Positions 38,322-50,842 of a stretch of DNA of 64,000 nucleotides are shown in pieces. Position numbers and translations under genes: made by a program. Below the pieces are notes generated by a model. It searched no databases, was not told the DNA's origin, and was given only the letters and a program-made list of their open reading frames with translations. Origin of the DNA: Lama guanicoe (lineage: Eukaryota); contig MU056991.1 of assembly GCA_013239625.1 (NCBI GenBank), forward strand, positions 16,747,361-16,811,360. The letters run 5' to 3'. Every line of letters begins with the position of its first letter. Positions within the stretch are counted from its first letter, which is position 1.

Positions 38322-38395
38322 TGAATAAACTCCTGTCCTGCTCAATCCAGAATTAGATTTCCTTGCTTGCAACTGAGAACACTTTATAATAATCA
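38322..38395 (+). mobile_element. ERVL LTR 3' terminus (continuation of 34500-34785)
   Basis: 'aataaactcctgtcctgctcaa...tttccttgcttgcaactgagaacact' fits the LTR33/LTR16/MLT 3' end pattern. Confidence 0.55.
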
Positions 38396-38519
38396 AAGAT
38401 CAAAAGTCTAGAAAGTGATAAAAACAGATTCCAAAACAAGTCTACTTTCTGTAACCCAAACCTCCTCTTACCTTTCCCTTGATGACATCTATAAAGAAAA
38501 CCATATGTGACAGAAAGTT

Positions 38520-38970
38520 AACTTAAGTGAAAGGGAGATATTTTTGGCTCAATCAATCAAAAATCCATGGGTAGATCTGGCTCAAAGCAGGACCTTGGAG
38601 TTCAAATAATGATATTAGGGCTATTTTTCTGCCTCTTGGCTCTTGATTATCTTTACATGTTGGTTTCTTTTTTTTTTTTTTTCCTATTTCAAATGGCTTT
38701 CACCACTGTGGTTGGCAATACAGCCATAACAGCTTCACTTTACATTTCCTCTTAGTTTTTATCCTGAGTAAAAGATAATCAAGAGTAGCTCCTGCAGGAA
38801 AATTTCAGGTCTCTGGTTAATGCAGCTTGGGTCCCATGTTCTTCCTCGAATCTAATCAGTATGGCCTTAAAGAAATTACTCTAGTACCTATGGTTCTCAT
38901 GCATGAGCCAGAGGGTCATAAGGTACAACAAGAATGCTTCTCCCAATAACAAAGATGCTGTGCAAACAAT
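38520..38970 (-). mobile_element. MLT1 (J/K-like) LTR
   Basis: Antisense motif 'gcttgggtcccatgttcttcctcgaatctaatcagtatggcc'. Confidence 0.6.
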
Positions 38971-39300
38971 ATATGTCTAAATACCAGACCCCGTATTTTT
39001 TTCTATCACATTCATTCCATTAAGCATTTACTAAGTAGCTCCTGTGTAGTAGTGTCCAAACCTACTGGAGTAACATAAGCATTGTCGTATATCTAATGTG
39101 ATATTTTAAAAAACATGAATTGAGTGTTGCATGTTTCTTTGACAAGTGCTGTTCATTAAGAGAATATAAGTAAGTGCTACAGAACTCAATTTGTTATAGA
39201 AGGGTAGGAATAGAAAGCATTCCTTGGGCTGGTTGAGGTTGCAAAACATCTTATGGAAGAAATAGAACCTGAAATTGAGTATTCATTCAACCATTAGATA

Positions 39301-39643
39301 TGAGGTTGTTAGTTTTTATGGACTGGATAATTTTACATGCTAACAAGTGGGAAGATTATTCCAACTATTTCGGGGAAGGGGTGAGAATTTCCAGAATTTC
39401 CAGGAATTAGGCCCCTGCTTACTTTTTGGCCTTTTGTGATCAGCCTGGGAACTGCCATGGCACCTGTGGGTGTGTCATTTAGCATGCTAATGTATCACAA
39501 TGAGATTATAATAAGGCTCAACGTCTACTGGAAGTAAATATTCTGCCATCTTGGGCTTAGTTGGTTCTAACCAGTTTATGTCATATCGAATGGCTGTGTC
39601 ATTCTTTTAATGGTTGTGCCCTACCCCCTTCCCTCCTGTCTCA
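39301..39643 (-). mobile_element. MER41-like ERV1 LTR (5' ~340 bp)
   Basis: The reverse complement begins TGAGACAGG and contains 'ccaagatggc', 'attagcatgctaaatgacacacccacaggtgccatg' and 'ataatcttcccacttgttagcat...ccataaaaa', all MER41-family landmarks. Confidence 0.75.
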
Positions 39644-39929
39644 GTGGTAGTAAAAGGGGAGCAGATGAGGGCTGGGGTAGTTCTCTGGTACCGATTGCAT
39701 GGACAGCAATACTTGGGCAGAGTTATGTGGTAATAAACATTACAATGCTTTCAATGAATGAGGAAATTATCATTGATCTTTTATTATTATTATCAAGAAG
39801 GTAACGTTGTAAACTAAACCTATCAAAGAGATGTAAGTTAAACAAAGGCTAATAATTTTTCAGTAAATAATGTAATGCTGAATTTTATCTAAGAGCTACC
39901 ATTAATTTTCTCTTAGAGAAGAAATTTTC

Positions 39930-40140
39930 TTTGTTTAGGAAAATATCTTGAGATGCCATTGAAGTAGAAAGGTCCAATATGCTGAGGAAGGAAGCAAGAT
40001 GGAAAGTTCCTGAGTCCTTGATGACATTATTGAGTCACTGGACTACTCTTAGAATCATCTTGTATTTCAGTTTTTAAATTCCCTTGCTATTCAAGGTATG
40101 TTTAGTTGGAATTTTTATATTTTGCATCAAAAATGATAAC
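39930..40140 (+). mobile_element. MLT1 LTR 3' part
   Basis: 'ctgagtccttgatgacattattgag...ttttgcatcaaaa'. Confidence 0.6.
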
Positions 40141-40369
40141 ATCACAGCCCCACAAACCATCCCCAGGCAGTCCCGGGGAGGCTCATAGCAATGTTTATCA
40201 TTCACAGAGAAGGGATAAGGTCCCTTCTGCATCCCCTCTCATAGCTTCATCAACAGCAGAACAAACCCTTATCCCTTCTTCCACCATCATTGTCTCTTAA
40301 CAACCCAATGACACTGGCTCTCTCTTTCAGAACAGCAGTGGTAAAGGTATCTGTTCCTCTGTTCTTCCT

Positions 40370-40585
40370 TCTTAAAGGAGCCTATTCTTTTTCTGTAGGC
40401 ACTTCCCAGGATTTATAATTTTATTTTTTTTTATTTTATTGTTTGTTTCACCCCACTTGACTATAATCACCATGACAGCAATGACTATGAATCTTGTGTT
40501 CACCCAGGAATATCTAGTGCCTACTATGTAGAGTCTGGGCCATAATAGGTGCTCGTTAAATATCTTCTGTAGCAAAGAATGAAAA
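40370..40585 (+). mobile_element. L2 3' end
   Basis: 'tcttgtgttcacc...tatctagtgcct...taggtgctc..taaatat'. Confidence 0.7.
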
Positions 40586-42789
40586 GAAGAAGGAGAAAAT
40601 GCTTTCTTCCAACATAAGGGGTTATGAAATCTAGACAAGCTGGACCATTATTTTAGGTCCAGCTGGTCTGCTTTATTATCCTTTCCTGTACAGCATCACA
40701 TTCAGTTACAACAGGGTGGGATGTCCTAAGAGCACTGTTGATCATTTCATGATTGTAGAAAGGGCTCACTAATCTTCCCCTATCTTACAGGCAAGTCCAG
40801 CTGTCTTCCAATCTCCATTTAGACCACAGCTCTTCCCATCAGTCAACACATTGATCCAGCCCAGAAACATCTGGGCAAGCCAAGTTAATCCTTGGCTAAA
40901 CTGAGATAGTGCTGATAAGTCAGCCTTAAGAGTTGAATAACACAGCATTGCTGAGGAGAGGGCATTTTTCAGTCAGGGTGAGGGGCATAACGCTCAGCTA
41001 GGAGGCCTCCGTTATGAGACGACGATGATTTTACAGAAAAGTGTTGCCTTGAGGAGTCCAACTGCTGTTCTCGCACCAAAGAAATTCCGAGGAACACTCT
41101 TTGCCTCCTTCCTCATCCACACAAGGAGAAGTCAAACTCTCAGAGTCCTTAGGCTGCTCCAAGCCTCGGGCTTGTCCTCGAGCTTATCCAAGCTCAAGGG
41201 TTCTGAAGGCCTTTTATGGGATTCAGCAAAATAAACAGCATCTTAAATGTGTGTTCTTAGAGGTCAAGTCTCTGACCCAAATCCAAAATCACCTGCTGAT
41301 CTCAAGAGCCCCGCTATGAATAATCGATTTAAAGTGGACCTAGTGGATGGAACCAATGTTTCCTCAGTGTGTTTGTTCCACAGTTGATAGGCACCAAATC
41401 AGAGTTCAGTTGCAGGTAACAGAAACCACTGAACTAATTTCATCAGAAAGCTGTCTAAATCATGGAATCAGATGCTTACAAAGTAGAAGGCTCTGGAAGC
41501 CAGGGATAGATCTAGGTCAATACCCATGTAGCTAAAGCCTGGAAACCGCGACTTCAGCTGCCCTGGAAAAGCCAGGGGCATTTACAACGACGCTGGTGGC
41601 AAGAGCATGGCTGTTTATCTCATGACCCTGCGGTTTTCAAATCTCACTTGGGTGAATCGTCTTGGTGGATGTGGATTCAAGAGTGGACCTTGGCTCTAAG
41701 GGGATCTGCAGAAGCAACTCGCGCTTTCTGGCTTTCCCCACAGAATGTGGTTTTCTTCGAGAAGGGTGTAGTAAGGTTAAGTGAGTCAAACGTGTCATAT
41801 CCGGTGCGCATCCTACCCTGCTGCGGAAACGGAATGAGCAAGAACCGGTCCCTGTCTTTGGGGAGCTCACCGTCTAGCAGGCAGACCAACCGCTGAACAC
41901 AGATGTGCACTTCAGTGTTGCCGGGGCAGGACTAGAGACACGTATCAATACGGCCACCGATGAGCCACATTTTGCATCTGAGTTTTGGTTATAAATTTGG
42001 AAATGGAAGTTAAAATGCTTCACTTTAAAGAGGAAAATATTCTATTAATGTAGGCCCTAAAGCAGCCCAGAAGTTTAGGAAAAGACTACAAGTGATGGCT
42101 CCCTGAATTCCTGCTTTTCCAAGGAGAACTTCCGATTCCTTGTGTGGTCCCTCTCCTTCCCCTTCAGGAAGCCGCCCCGGGACACTGTCTCCACTTACTC
42201 AGACAAAGGAGCAGAATGGGTTACTTGGCTGCAGTTAGTCATCGGTCCCCTGGCAGAGTGACTGTGGCACATGGAAAGCCTGAGGCTGAATTTACTGTTA
42301 GTCCGTTGAGTCACAGAGCACCCCTCCAACTCCCCCGCCCCCAGTCTGAACCCAGAGCCCCGTTCAAAGATGTTTCCCCTTCTCTTTGACTTACCTTCTG
42401 AATTCATTTAGGAAGAATGTACCAAGATCCTTTGAATCCTACAGGAATGTTGAACTCAGTGAAAAGTGATGTGGTTAAGAAAGCAAATAATATGCTGAAA
42501 GAAGTTCATTGGAAGTGGCCAGGCACATCAAAGAGATTGATGAATCTGCATTTCAAAAACCTGGCAGGGGGTAACATTTCGGCTTACCTCATATCCACCC
42601 CTCATATCCACCCTGCTTCTAGGGCTCTTCGCTGCCAGTGATGTTTCTGCCTTCTCATCGGACAGAATGCTAATACAGCTAGCCGCAGGAGAGAGATTGT
42701 CTGGAAATGGCATTGTGTTCTTAAATCAAAGCAGCTCAACAAAGTCTGTCTCTTTTATTAACAATAGCACACAAGTGCTAACACTGGGT

Positions 42790-42970
42790 CAGCGGCCGCT
42801 GTATTTCAGGCACTGTGCTTAAGCACTTTACATGTGTTAGTTCCCTTAATCCTGATTGAATTGGGGAGACAGATAATACTATCAGGTCTACTTTACCTTT
42901 TAGAAAATTGAGGGGTCGAGAGGGTTTAAAAACTGCCCCAGTTATAAGCGTTGGAGCAAGAATTTGAAGA
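42790..42970 (-). mobile_element. MIR SINE
   Basis: 'caggcactgtgcttaagcactttacatg...tagaaaattgagg'. Confidence 0.75.
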
Positions 42971-43999
42971 TTATTGATCCTATTGGGTACCAGGTGATGT
43001 TGCCTTTTTAATTAAAAATCAAACTACGTTGAGGGAGGCAAGATATACAATACCCTTGAGTGACATTAGTTTTCTAAGACAAGCAAGAGAGGAGAAATGC
43101 TTTAATAATCTGCTAAAGTTTAGCCTCCATTGACAGCTACAGGTTGGCAAGGAATTGCTAAAAAGTGAGTACCGGAGAAGAAAGGGGAATAAGCAAAACA
43201 GGCGAGGTATTGAGTGACGACATGTCAGCGGTAGAGGCGCAGCTGTCATCATCACTGAATCTCCAGGTTTGAAGGAGCCGTGCAGAAGGTGTGGTGCAGC
43301 AGGTCACTTCAGACAAGGGGGCCCTCAGACCCTGCTCCAGCATCAGCAGGGCACGGGCGACCTCCAAAGACAGACAGCTCCATTTTCACATAACTCTTTG
43401 ATTGAAAAAATATTTGAGGTTTATCCAAAATCCACATCCCCGTAGCATCTGGAGCATTTATCCAGTCATTGTCCTTAGTTCTACCCTCTGGGAGCATGTG
43501 GAACAAATCCAGCCTCCTTTTCCACAAGAAAGTACCTCCCTCCCCCAGTTCCGTCGACCATCCTTCATACGACATGATGTGCATTGAACCATTCACCGTT
43601 CTCGTCTCTCCTTTCTGCATATTTCTATTCCAGTTCTACTCTGGAGAAGAAATGTTGTTAGTCAAAATTGAATTAGACATGTTTAGGGTCTTTAAGTCTC
43701 CCTTAAAGAAGATTGAGTAAAATTAACTATTGTCAAAAGTCCCCTTAAAAACTAATACCAAGGCATGGACTCTTAAAAAGGTTTAGAGTGGAATTATATC
43801 TTCCACTAGTTGGACACTACACACCCTTTAATGAGGCCTCAGTGTACACCAGTATTTTGAGTCATATTGAGTCAACTCAGCCTTTAAATATTTTTCACAC
43901 CAATAGTTACTAAGCCACAACTAAAGGACAATCACTAGAAAAGCATGGAAGAGGAAGGAATGTGGATTTTCTAGGCTTTCTCACCCATTTAGCAATTCA

Positions 44000-44170
44000 T
44001 GTAACAATTACCTATTCATTCATTAATTTACTAACTTGTTCATCCCACAAGCACTTACTGAATACTTAAATCTGCCCAATTATGCATAACATTTTTGGGT
44101 GGGCTGAACGTGGAACAATTATGAGACATGACTCCCTGCCTTCAAGAAATCCAGAATCCAGCCAGGGAAG
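44000..44170 (-). mobile_element. L2 3' end
   Basis: 'ttcattcatt...cacttactgaatac...gacatgactccctgccttcaagaa'. Confidence 0.7.
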
Positions 44171-46859
44171 GGGGAAAAAAAATCTACAAAACAAGCTTAA
44201 GTTCTCATAGGATCCTATAGCCTAAAAGCGTGGAATTGGGTCAGAAACCCTGAGTCGTCGACAGAACATTGACTGAAGATGGTCACATCACCCCCCCAAC
44301 CTCAGTTTTCTCATTCAAATAATGAGACACTTGGCTTTTTCAGGCTCTTTCTAGTTCTAAGTACAAGCTTCTCGAGGGCAGGGATGATACTTTACGTGTA
44401 AGTGAATTTTCTGTTAAACTGTACAGTGTTAACCTATAATGTCACTCAACAGATATTTATTGGATGGCTCAAGAGTTCAGGTTAAGTAAGCATAGGGGTC
44501 TCCCTTGGCTTCAGGTTGGGGTACAAAAAGCACCCCAAGCCAATCCGCAAACAGGCATGAGAGTTCTTACTCCAAGTGTCACTGGGTGTAACGGTCCAAA
44601 GATTTGCATGCGCGGTCTTGATGCTCAGGTGCAGAGATGACATACACACTCACACACGCGATGCTTAGAGGGTGCGATCTAAAGTACAAACCAGGCGTAC
44701 ATACACTGCCCTCCTTTTTTTTCCCTCAAGGTTCCTGTCTTACCTCTCTTTAGGTCTTTCCACCTCTAGGAAGCCCAATTTGTTCCTTTTTCTTACCAAA
44801 GTATTTGGCAGTTCCTAATAAAAAGTTGATGGACGATCCGTAGTGTTCCACCTCAGCAACCCAGGAAATATTGAGTTACCTTCCCTCAAAATGCTAACGA
44901 CAGCAGCTTCTCCCTGATAAGACCAGATTTCTTGCTATAGAAGCGCGCACACACACACACACACAGCCATATACACAAACATACACAATTCGCAAAATGT
45001 CACCCTGCTAGACTAGTCTTTACCTAGCTATTGATATATACAGAAGAAGGAAGGCTATGCTTAAACTATTGGCAGAATAATATGGCAGGTGGGGTAAAAT
45101 TTAAAAGGCACCTGCAGTTTGGAAGTTAAGTTCGAGAAAGTGACTTGTGTGTGGAAGTGGGAAGGTGACAGGTTGTTTGGGAGACTAGCTGATGAATTTT
45201 AATTTGATATAAGAGGGAAGCACTGCAGGGTCTTTAGCTAACCCAACATCATGACATGCATTGTTATCTGTGCCCACGTCCAGAGTTCTTCTCAGATTGT
45301 AAGCTCCTTAAGGTCAGGGACTGTGTTTCCAAAGTTGCAGTAGAAAAGCACAGACAGCAGGCAGACTGGCACAGAGCTGGTCCCACTCACTCTGGCAGGG
45401 TGGTGAAAGGCTGCTTTCCCACAACACTTTTAGTGAGGAGTTATGCTTCTGTTGAACATAAAGACTATTGTAAGTGATAGTTACAATGGCTACTTGAAAT
45501 GTACAAAGTCTTGGTTTTGAAAACAACTCACACCCTGGGAGTTGTGGTTCCCTGGCAAGACATGACTCCCACCGGCATCCATCTGAGAGACCGAGAAATA
45601 AAAGCTCGTGAAATTTTGGAAACACTTATGCAGATGGCATTTTGATGAGTTAACTCTAAGTAGATCAGTAACACATGGATTAAATCTTCCACAAAGGGCC
45701 CATTGGCTTAAAGAGCGAAGGTCCAGTGTCGTTGACATCATGGAGTTTGGGTTTTGCTGAGCTCCCTATCTTTGGAAAATCAGTTTAAGACTGTCATCAG
45801 ACGTATGCAGCTGTGGGTTTTGCTCAGATCTGCTTTATGGTTTTATGGCTTTCAGAGTGAAGCCAAAAGTCTTCCAACAGTCACAGCAAGATGAAGATCT
45901 GGAAATTTTTGAAAGCACGTTCCCACGCAGACTCATCACAGCCACGGCCTTTTATAGCTGGTACCTGCCTACGGGCCAAAGTTACAAGGCGACTCATTTG
46001 GGATTTTGTGTTTAGAGACAGTCCTGGGTTACAAACTTTGCTGGAATATCTTACATGGAAAATCTGGCCATTTCTGGTTTTCCTACACATTCAAACTACA
46101 ATTAAAATAGAAAATAAAACTCTCAAAAATTGCTGAGCTCATGAATACAAGTAGCAATTGTAATGCTGTTTTGCAGCTCAGAAAAGAAATGATCATGGAA
46201 AAAAAATGAAGCAGAGCTTGGTGGTTGACTGGCATCTCCTGCAACCGTCCCTGTCTAACATTGCTGAGGTTAACAGGGACAACCAGATTCACTGTCATCC
46301 TCCTGCAGGGAGATTGGAGGGGTGAAGGAAAGGCTGGGCAACTTTCGGTTTTCATCGACTGAAATTGCAGAACAACCTGGGTGAAAATAGTATATACCAC
46401 GTTTCAGAAAGCAATGTTCAGTTTGCATGCGCAGGGTGCTTCCGGTTTCTACAACATCTATTCTATAAAATATCTGCCTATAGAATCAAAAACTCGCACA
46501 CAAAACAACCTGACATTGTTTCAGAAGAGGTGACCACTGAATTCCTGTCTATGTTATCTCTAGACCTACTTTTGTATGGCCAATTTTCAAATCTGACTGT
46601 ATCTGACATAAAGGAAGAAAAACTCTTCCATTTGAATTCAGCGTTGTGTGGATGGATGGATAAAGAAGCTATAAAACACCGTATAAGAATCAGGTTTGGT
46701 AACCTTAGTGAGGAAGATTTTTATAAATAAGACAAAGGGTCTTGAGGAAATCCAGAGGACCAAGTGGGAAACCTTAAAGACCTTGTGGATGTTTTGATAC
46801 TCATTTGCATAAAACTAATAATTATTTAAAACATGATGCAAACTTTTAAAATGGGATTA

Positions 46860-47040
46860 GGAGGTAGCAGAGTGAAGTGATCTGATTTACAGTTTGGTCC
46901 TTTCTAGACACATTACCTTGGGCAAGATAATTAGCCCCCCTAAGATTTTCTTCTTCCTCCATAAAATAAGGATGCAAAAGAAGCTGCCTGATGGAGTTGC
47001 TGTGGTAATTAAATGAGGAAAATATGAAGAGCCTTAGTCA
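46860..47040 (+). mobile_element. MIR SINE
   Basis: 'accttgggcaagataattagccc...ataaaataagg...aattaaatgag'. Confidence 0.65.
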
Positions 47041-47849
47041 TATTGGTCCTTACTGCTTCTCGTCTCAATGACCCTGCTGCTGCTACTCCTATGACAAAGG
47101 TGACGACTGAAAAGCATTTCTACGACAAAAGCAAAAACCAAGTCATGCATTTTTTTATGACTAGGAACATTCTCTAATGTGAGTAGTAACTTTGCAAGGG
47201 ACAGAACTGAAAGCTGATAGCTCACCAGGAGGACAAAGTGAGGGGAACAATTTCTATTTTAAAAAATACTAACAATATAAATTGCTAGATGCCAGAACCC
47301 TTTTAAAAATTCCCCTCTTGGGAAAGACTCATCAGGTTGTTTAGTCAGAAGCAGAGATGTATGTGGATGGATGTTGTGTTTCACCCTTTGCCTCAGTTTC
47401 CCTACACGGAAGCCCAAATTGCCCGTGACTCAAATAAAAGTGTATAAATACTCACTTAGGAGACTTGACGCTCAGTTATGTCAAGCTCATTTCTCCAAAC
47501 TGAGCTTGGAAAGTTTCTACCGCAGGGATCTTCCAACTGCACAGAACTAGAGAAGCCAATTTTAGTTGTTCTTTAAAGTGGCCAATCAGAGGGAAGAAAA
47601 ACGCTTCCATCGTGAATGTGGACCACAGGAGCTACAGAATTCTCCTGAATGGTAAAATTTTTCTTTAATTGTCTCAGAAACTTTCCTTCTCTATTAGGCT
47701 GCCTGACTATGGGCACAAAATAAGATGGCTGAGGCGTAATGACACACTTAGACAGGAGGTGGCACCTCTGTATGAAGGATTAAAATGGTAGAGGAACCAA
47801 CCGCAGGATAACGCCTACATCTTGATCACGAGAAGAATGGATTCTATAA

Positions 47850-48000
47850 GCACGCCCTGTGGCTGGGCCCTGTGCTAAAGGCTTTACGTAGACTTCCTCC
47901 CTGAATCCTGTGAACAACTCAGTGATGCAGGTGCAGTGATTATTGTCCTCATTTTCTAAGTGAGGTAATTGGCGAGCAACAAAGTTAGGTAACAAGTCTA
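47850..48000 (-). mobile_element. MIR SINE
   Basis: 'ctgtgctaaaggctttac...attattgtcctcattttctaagtgagg'. Confidence 0.7.
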
Positions 48001-48074
48001 GCAAGGGACGCAAACATTCTAATAATCATACAGAAAAATATGATTTTAAATGGTATTAATTTGAAGCTAGAGCC

Positions 48075-48310
48075 AAGGAAGCACAGAGGTGAAGAATCAG
48101 GACTCTGGCATCTCACTGCTTGTGTTTGAATCCTAGCTCTGCCACTTAATAGCTGTGAACCTGGGTAAGTCACTTAAACAGTCCACGACTCAGTTTTCTC
48201 ATCTGTAAAATAGGATAATGCTGGTAATAGTTATGTGGATTAAATGAGCCAATATATTTTAAGTGCTTAGAAGAACACCTGGCCTATCATATGCCCTCAA
48301 TATATGTTTG
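48075..48310 (+). mobile_element. MIR SINE, near full length
   Basis: 'tttgaatcctagctctgccacttaatagctgtgaacctgggtaagtcacttaa...ctcagttttctcatctgtaaaatagg'. Confidence 0.9.
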
Positions 48311-50299
48311 CTGTATTTTTAGTCTACTCTTAATGTAGAAGAAAATAAAGATAGAGAGGTCAAGTGAAAGTCAAGTTCACTGAATGCAGGCAGTAATGAC
48401 ACCAGTACGTGAATGTTTCCTGGACGTGCAAGGAAGATGCCCTCCTTTGACTCTTCACCATCCTCTGACAACCCATGCATTGTCCCACTCCCCGCTGGGT
48501 CCATAGGAAACAGTCTGGGGCACAAAATGCACCCAGTCCACCATGATCGTGAGCAACTGATTTAACAGGCAGAGGGTTAGTGTGATGTGGTCTTCAGTCC
48601 TCCAACAAGGGCTCACTAAAAGTCTCAAATATTGACTGACTACTTTCTTGACCAAATTTTGATGACCTGAAAACATTTGAAATTTGCTCCAGAAAGTTTT
48701 GTACTAGAACATAGTATATTTGATTTTTCTTTCAGATTGCTGTGATGGTCAGTCTAAATTCTCAATGCTCAGTTTTCTTAAATGAGATGAGTAATTAAGC
48801 AAAAATTATCTGGAATGGAATTCTTTTACATGAGTCTGTCTTTGCACCTAAATTTTCAGAAATAAAATTTTCCTTCATGTAATGTCTTCCAATAAATCCA
48901 GTGCTTTACACAGTGATCCTAATTATTTTCAGCATAAATATAATAGACTTTAGAGTATATTAGCTTAGAGTATATTAGCTTTAGGATGGAATTTATTAGG
49001 ATAGTATTTGTCTTACATGTAAAAGTCTTTAAAGTATCTAAGGAAGAGAGAGAAGAAAGGAAGGCGAGAGAGAGAGAAAGAATTTCTATTTTCCATAGTG
49101 CCTCAAGTTTATTTTCCATCACTTAGTTTGGTGTCTTAGTGATGACTTTAAACTCTCTGAAGTTTAGATTTTCATCTATAACTTTTTTTGATATCCTTCC
49201 AGGGTGATTGTAAGGCTCCACTTAAGTATCTAAAAAAATTCTTCATAAACTCTATATAATTGTATAAAGAATTACAACTACTAATATGTGCCTAAAAAGT
49301 GAGTATATACGTACAACAGAATGAAGTCATCTAGACAATTAAGAGTCAATCTTAGTCTTTGGAGGATGACATGGAGCTTTAATGTGATGGTCATAACAGC
49401 TTCGTACATCCCAGTAAGACATTTGTCTATGTATTTGATATTTGCCTATGTTCCAACCAATGCTCAACACACAGGACCTGCCACAGCAAAACCACACACT
49501 GCCACCCTCTTCAAGGAACTGATAAGAAAAACATGCATGTATGGAACCATGACACAAAGTTGAATGTCAAAAATGCTACGAGGTGAGGGGGCCAAGCACA
49601 GCTTTGTGGATATTTTGGGTGGGGATGGGGACCGGCAAAGTCCTTCCAGTTGGTAAGAGCAGAAAATGAAAATGTCCAGCAATGCTTTGTGAAGGAGGGC
49701 TTGCCTTGGTGCTGATGGTAATGGTATGATGTGTGGGGGCTGGGGTGGAGAGTGGCCAGACGAAGGGGTGAGTGGAGAATGATGTTCTAGGAGAAACAAA
49801 CTCTGTGAGTCAAGACATGAAGGTGGGAACATTTTGGACTGTTCTTTCTCGAAGCACGATCTGGGGGTTTCCTGATTTGTGAACTGATGACCCATTCGCA
49901 TGTTCCTTTATGGGCTCTTGTGGGAAAAAGAGATGACGTGCAAGCTCATAGATTTTCATGTTTATGACTAAGAGCAAATTATTACTGACTGAATAGGTGA
50001 ATGACTAAAGATGACTAATATTTGGTGTCTATACACCAAAATTTGTAAGTTACTAGAATTTCCTTAAGTCTGTAACTCTATCCTACTAAGGAGTCTGGGT
50101 GCCAGGACCTAGTTTTCTGCTGTCTTTGTAGACACCTAGATGGTGAGATACACCACCCTACCCTGCTGCCACCATCCTCCCTTCAGTCTTCTCCAGAAGA
50201 AAAATATTCATTTGTGCATCTTAGGTATTGTCTGAAATTGATTGTGACTTTCCACTTTTGCTCTTTCATTATGAATTCTTTTAAGATTTACTCTTTTTT

Positions 50300-50635
50300 A
50301 AACACCTTTATTGTGGTATAATTCTGGTACAGTAAACTACACACATTTCAGATGTACAATTTGATGAATTTTGATAGATGTAGACACCTATAAACCCACC
50401 GCCACAACCAAGACAGCTAACATTTCCATCACTGCCCAGGAGGTGCCAATTTCAAATTCCTGATTTATCCCTTCCCACTCCTTTTACCTACCCTCTGGTA
50501 ACCAAAAGTTTGTTCTCAATGTTTGTGAGTCTGTTTCTGTTTTGTGCATAAGTTCATTTGCATCCTTATTTAAGATCCCATTTATAAGTAATATCATATG
50601 GTATTTTTCTTTCTCTTTCTGGCTTAATTCGTTTA
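50300..50635 (-). mobile_element. Antisense L1 3'-end fragments (L1MB-like plus a younger L1)
   Basis: 'gatgtacaatttgatgaattttga' and 'ctggtaaccaaaagtttgttctc...gtgagtctgtttctgtttt'. Confidence 0.8.
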
Positions 50636-50671
50636 CTCTTGTATATATATATGCTGGGATTTTACCATTTT

Positions 50672-50679
50672 TAAAAAAT

Positions 50680-50718
<39 letters not shown>

Positions 50719-50842
50719 TTTTAATTTTGGAGGGGGAGGTAATTAGGTTTATTTATTTATTTAACAGAGGTACTGGGGATTGAACCCAGGACCTCATGCA
50801 TGCTAAGCACACACTCTACCATTGAGCTGTATACCCTATCCC
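50672..50842 (-). mobile_element. Full-length camelid tRNA-derived SINE (Vic-type)
   Basis: The reverse complement has A box 'tacagctcaatggtaga', B box 'ggttcaatccc' and a (TAAA)n tail. 18-bp TSD CTGGG(A/C)TTTTACCATTTT at 50654-50671 and 50843-50860. Confidence 0.95.

Noticed and set aside
47850-48310. Inverted MIR pair as a dsRNA source
   Set aside because: The copies are too diverged, and the arrangement is common.
48950-48979. 15-bp perfect tandem duplication (also a 21-bp-period one near 56161-56197)
   Set aside because: Ordinary slippage microduplications.
49464-49901. Longest ORF (145 aa, minus strand) and other 60-130 aa ORFs
   Set aside because: No recognisable domain; low-complexity or repeat-derived composition; lengths are as expected by chance; several begin at non-ATG codons or span N gaps.
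50757-50842. tRNA-Ala-like gene
   Set aside because: It is the head of a SINE with tail and TSD, not a tRNA gene.
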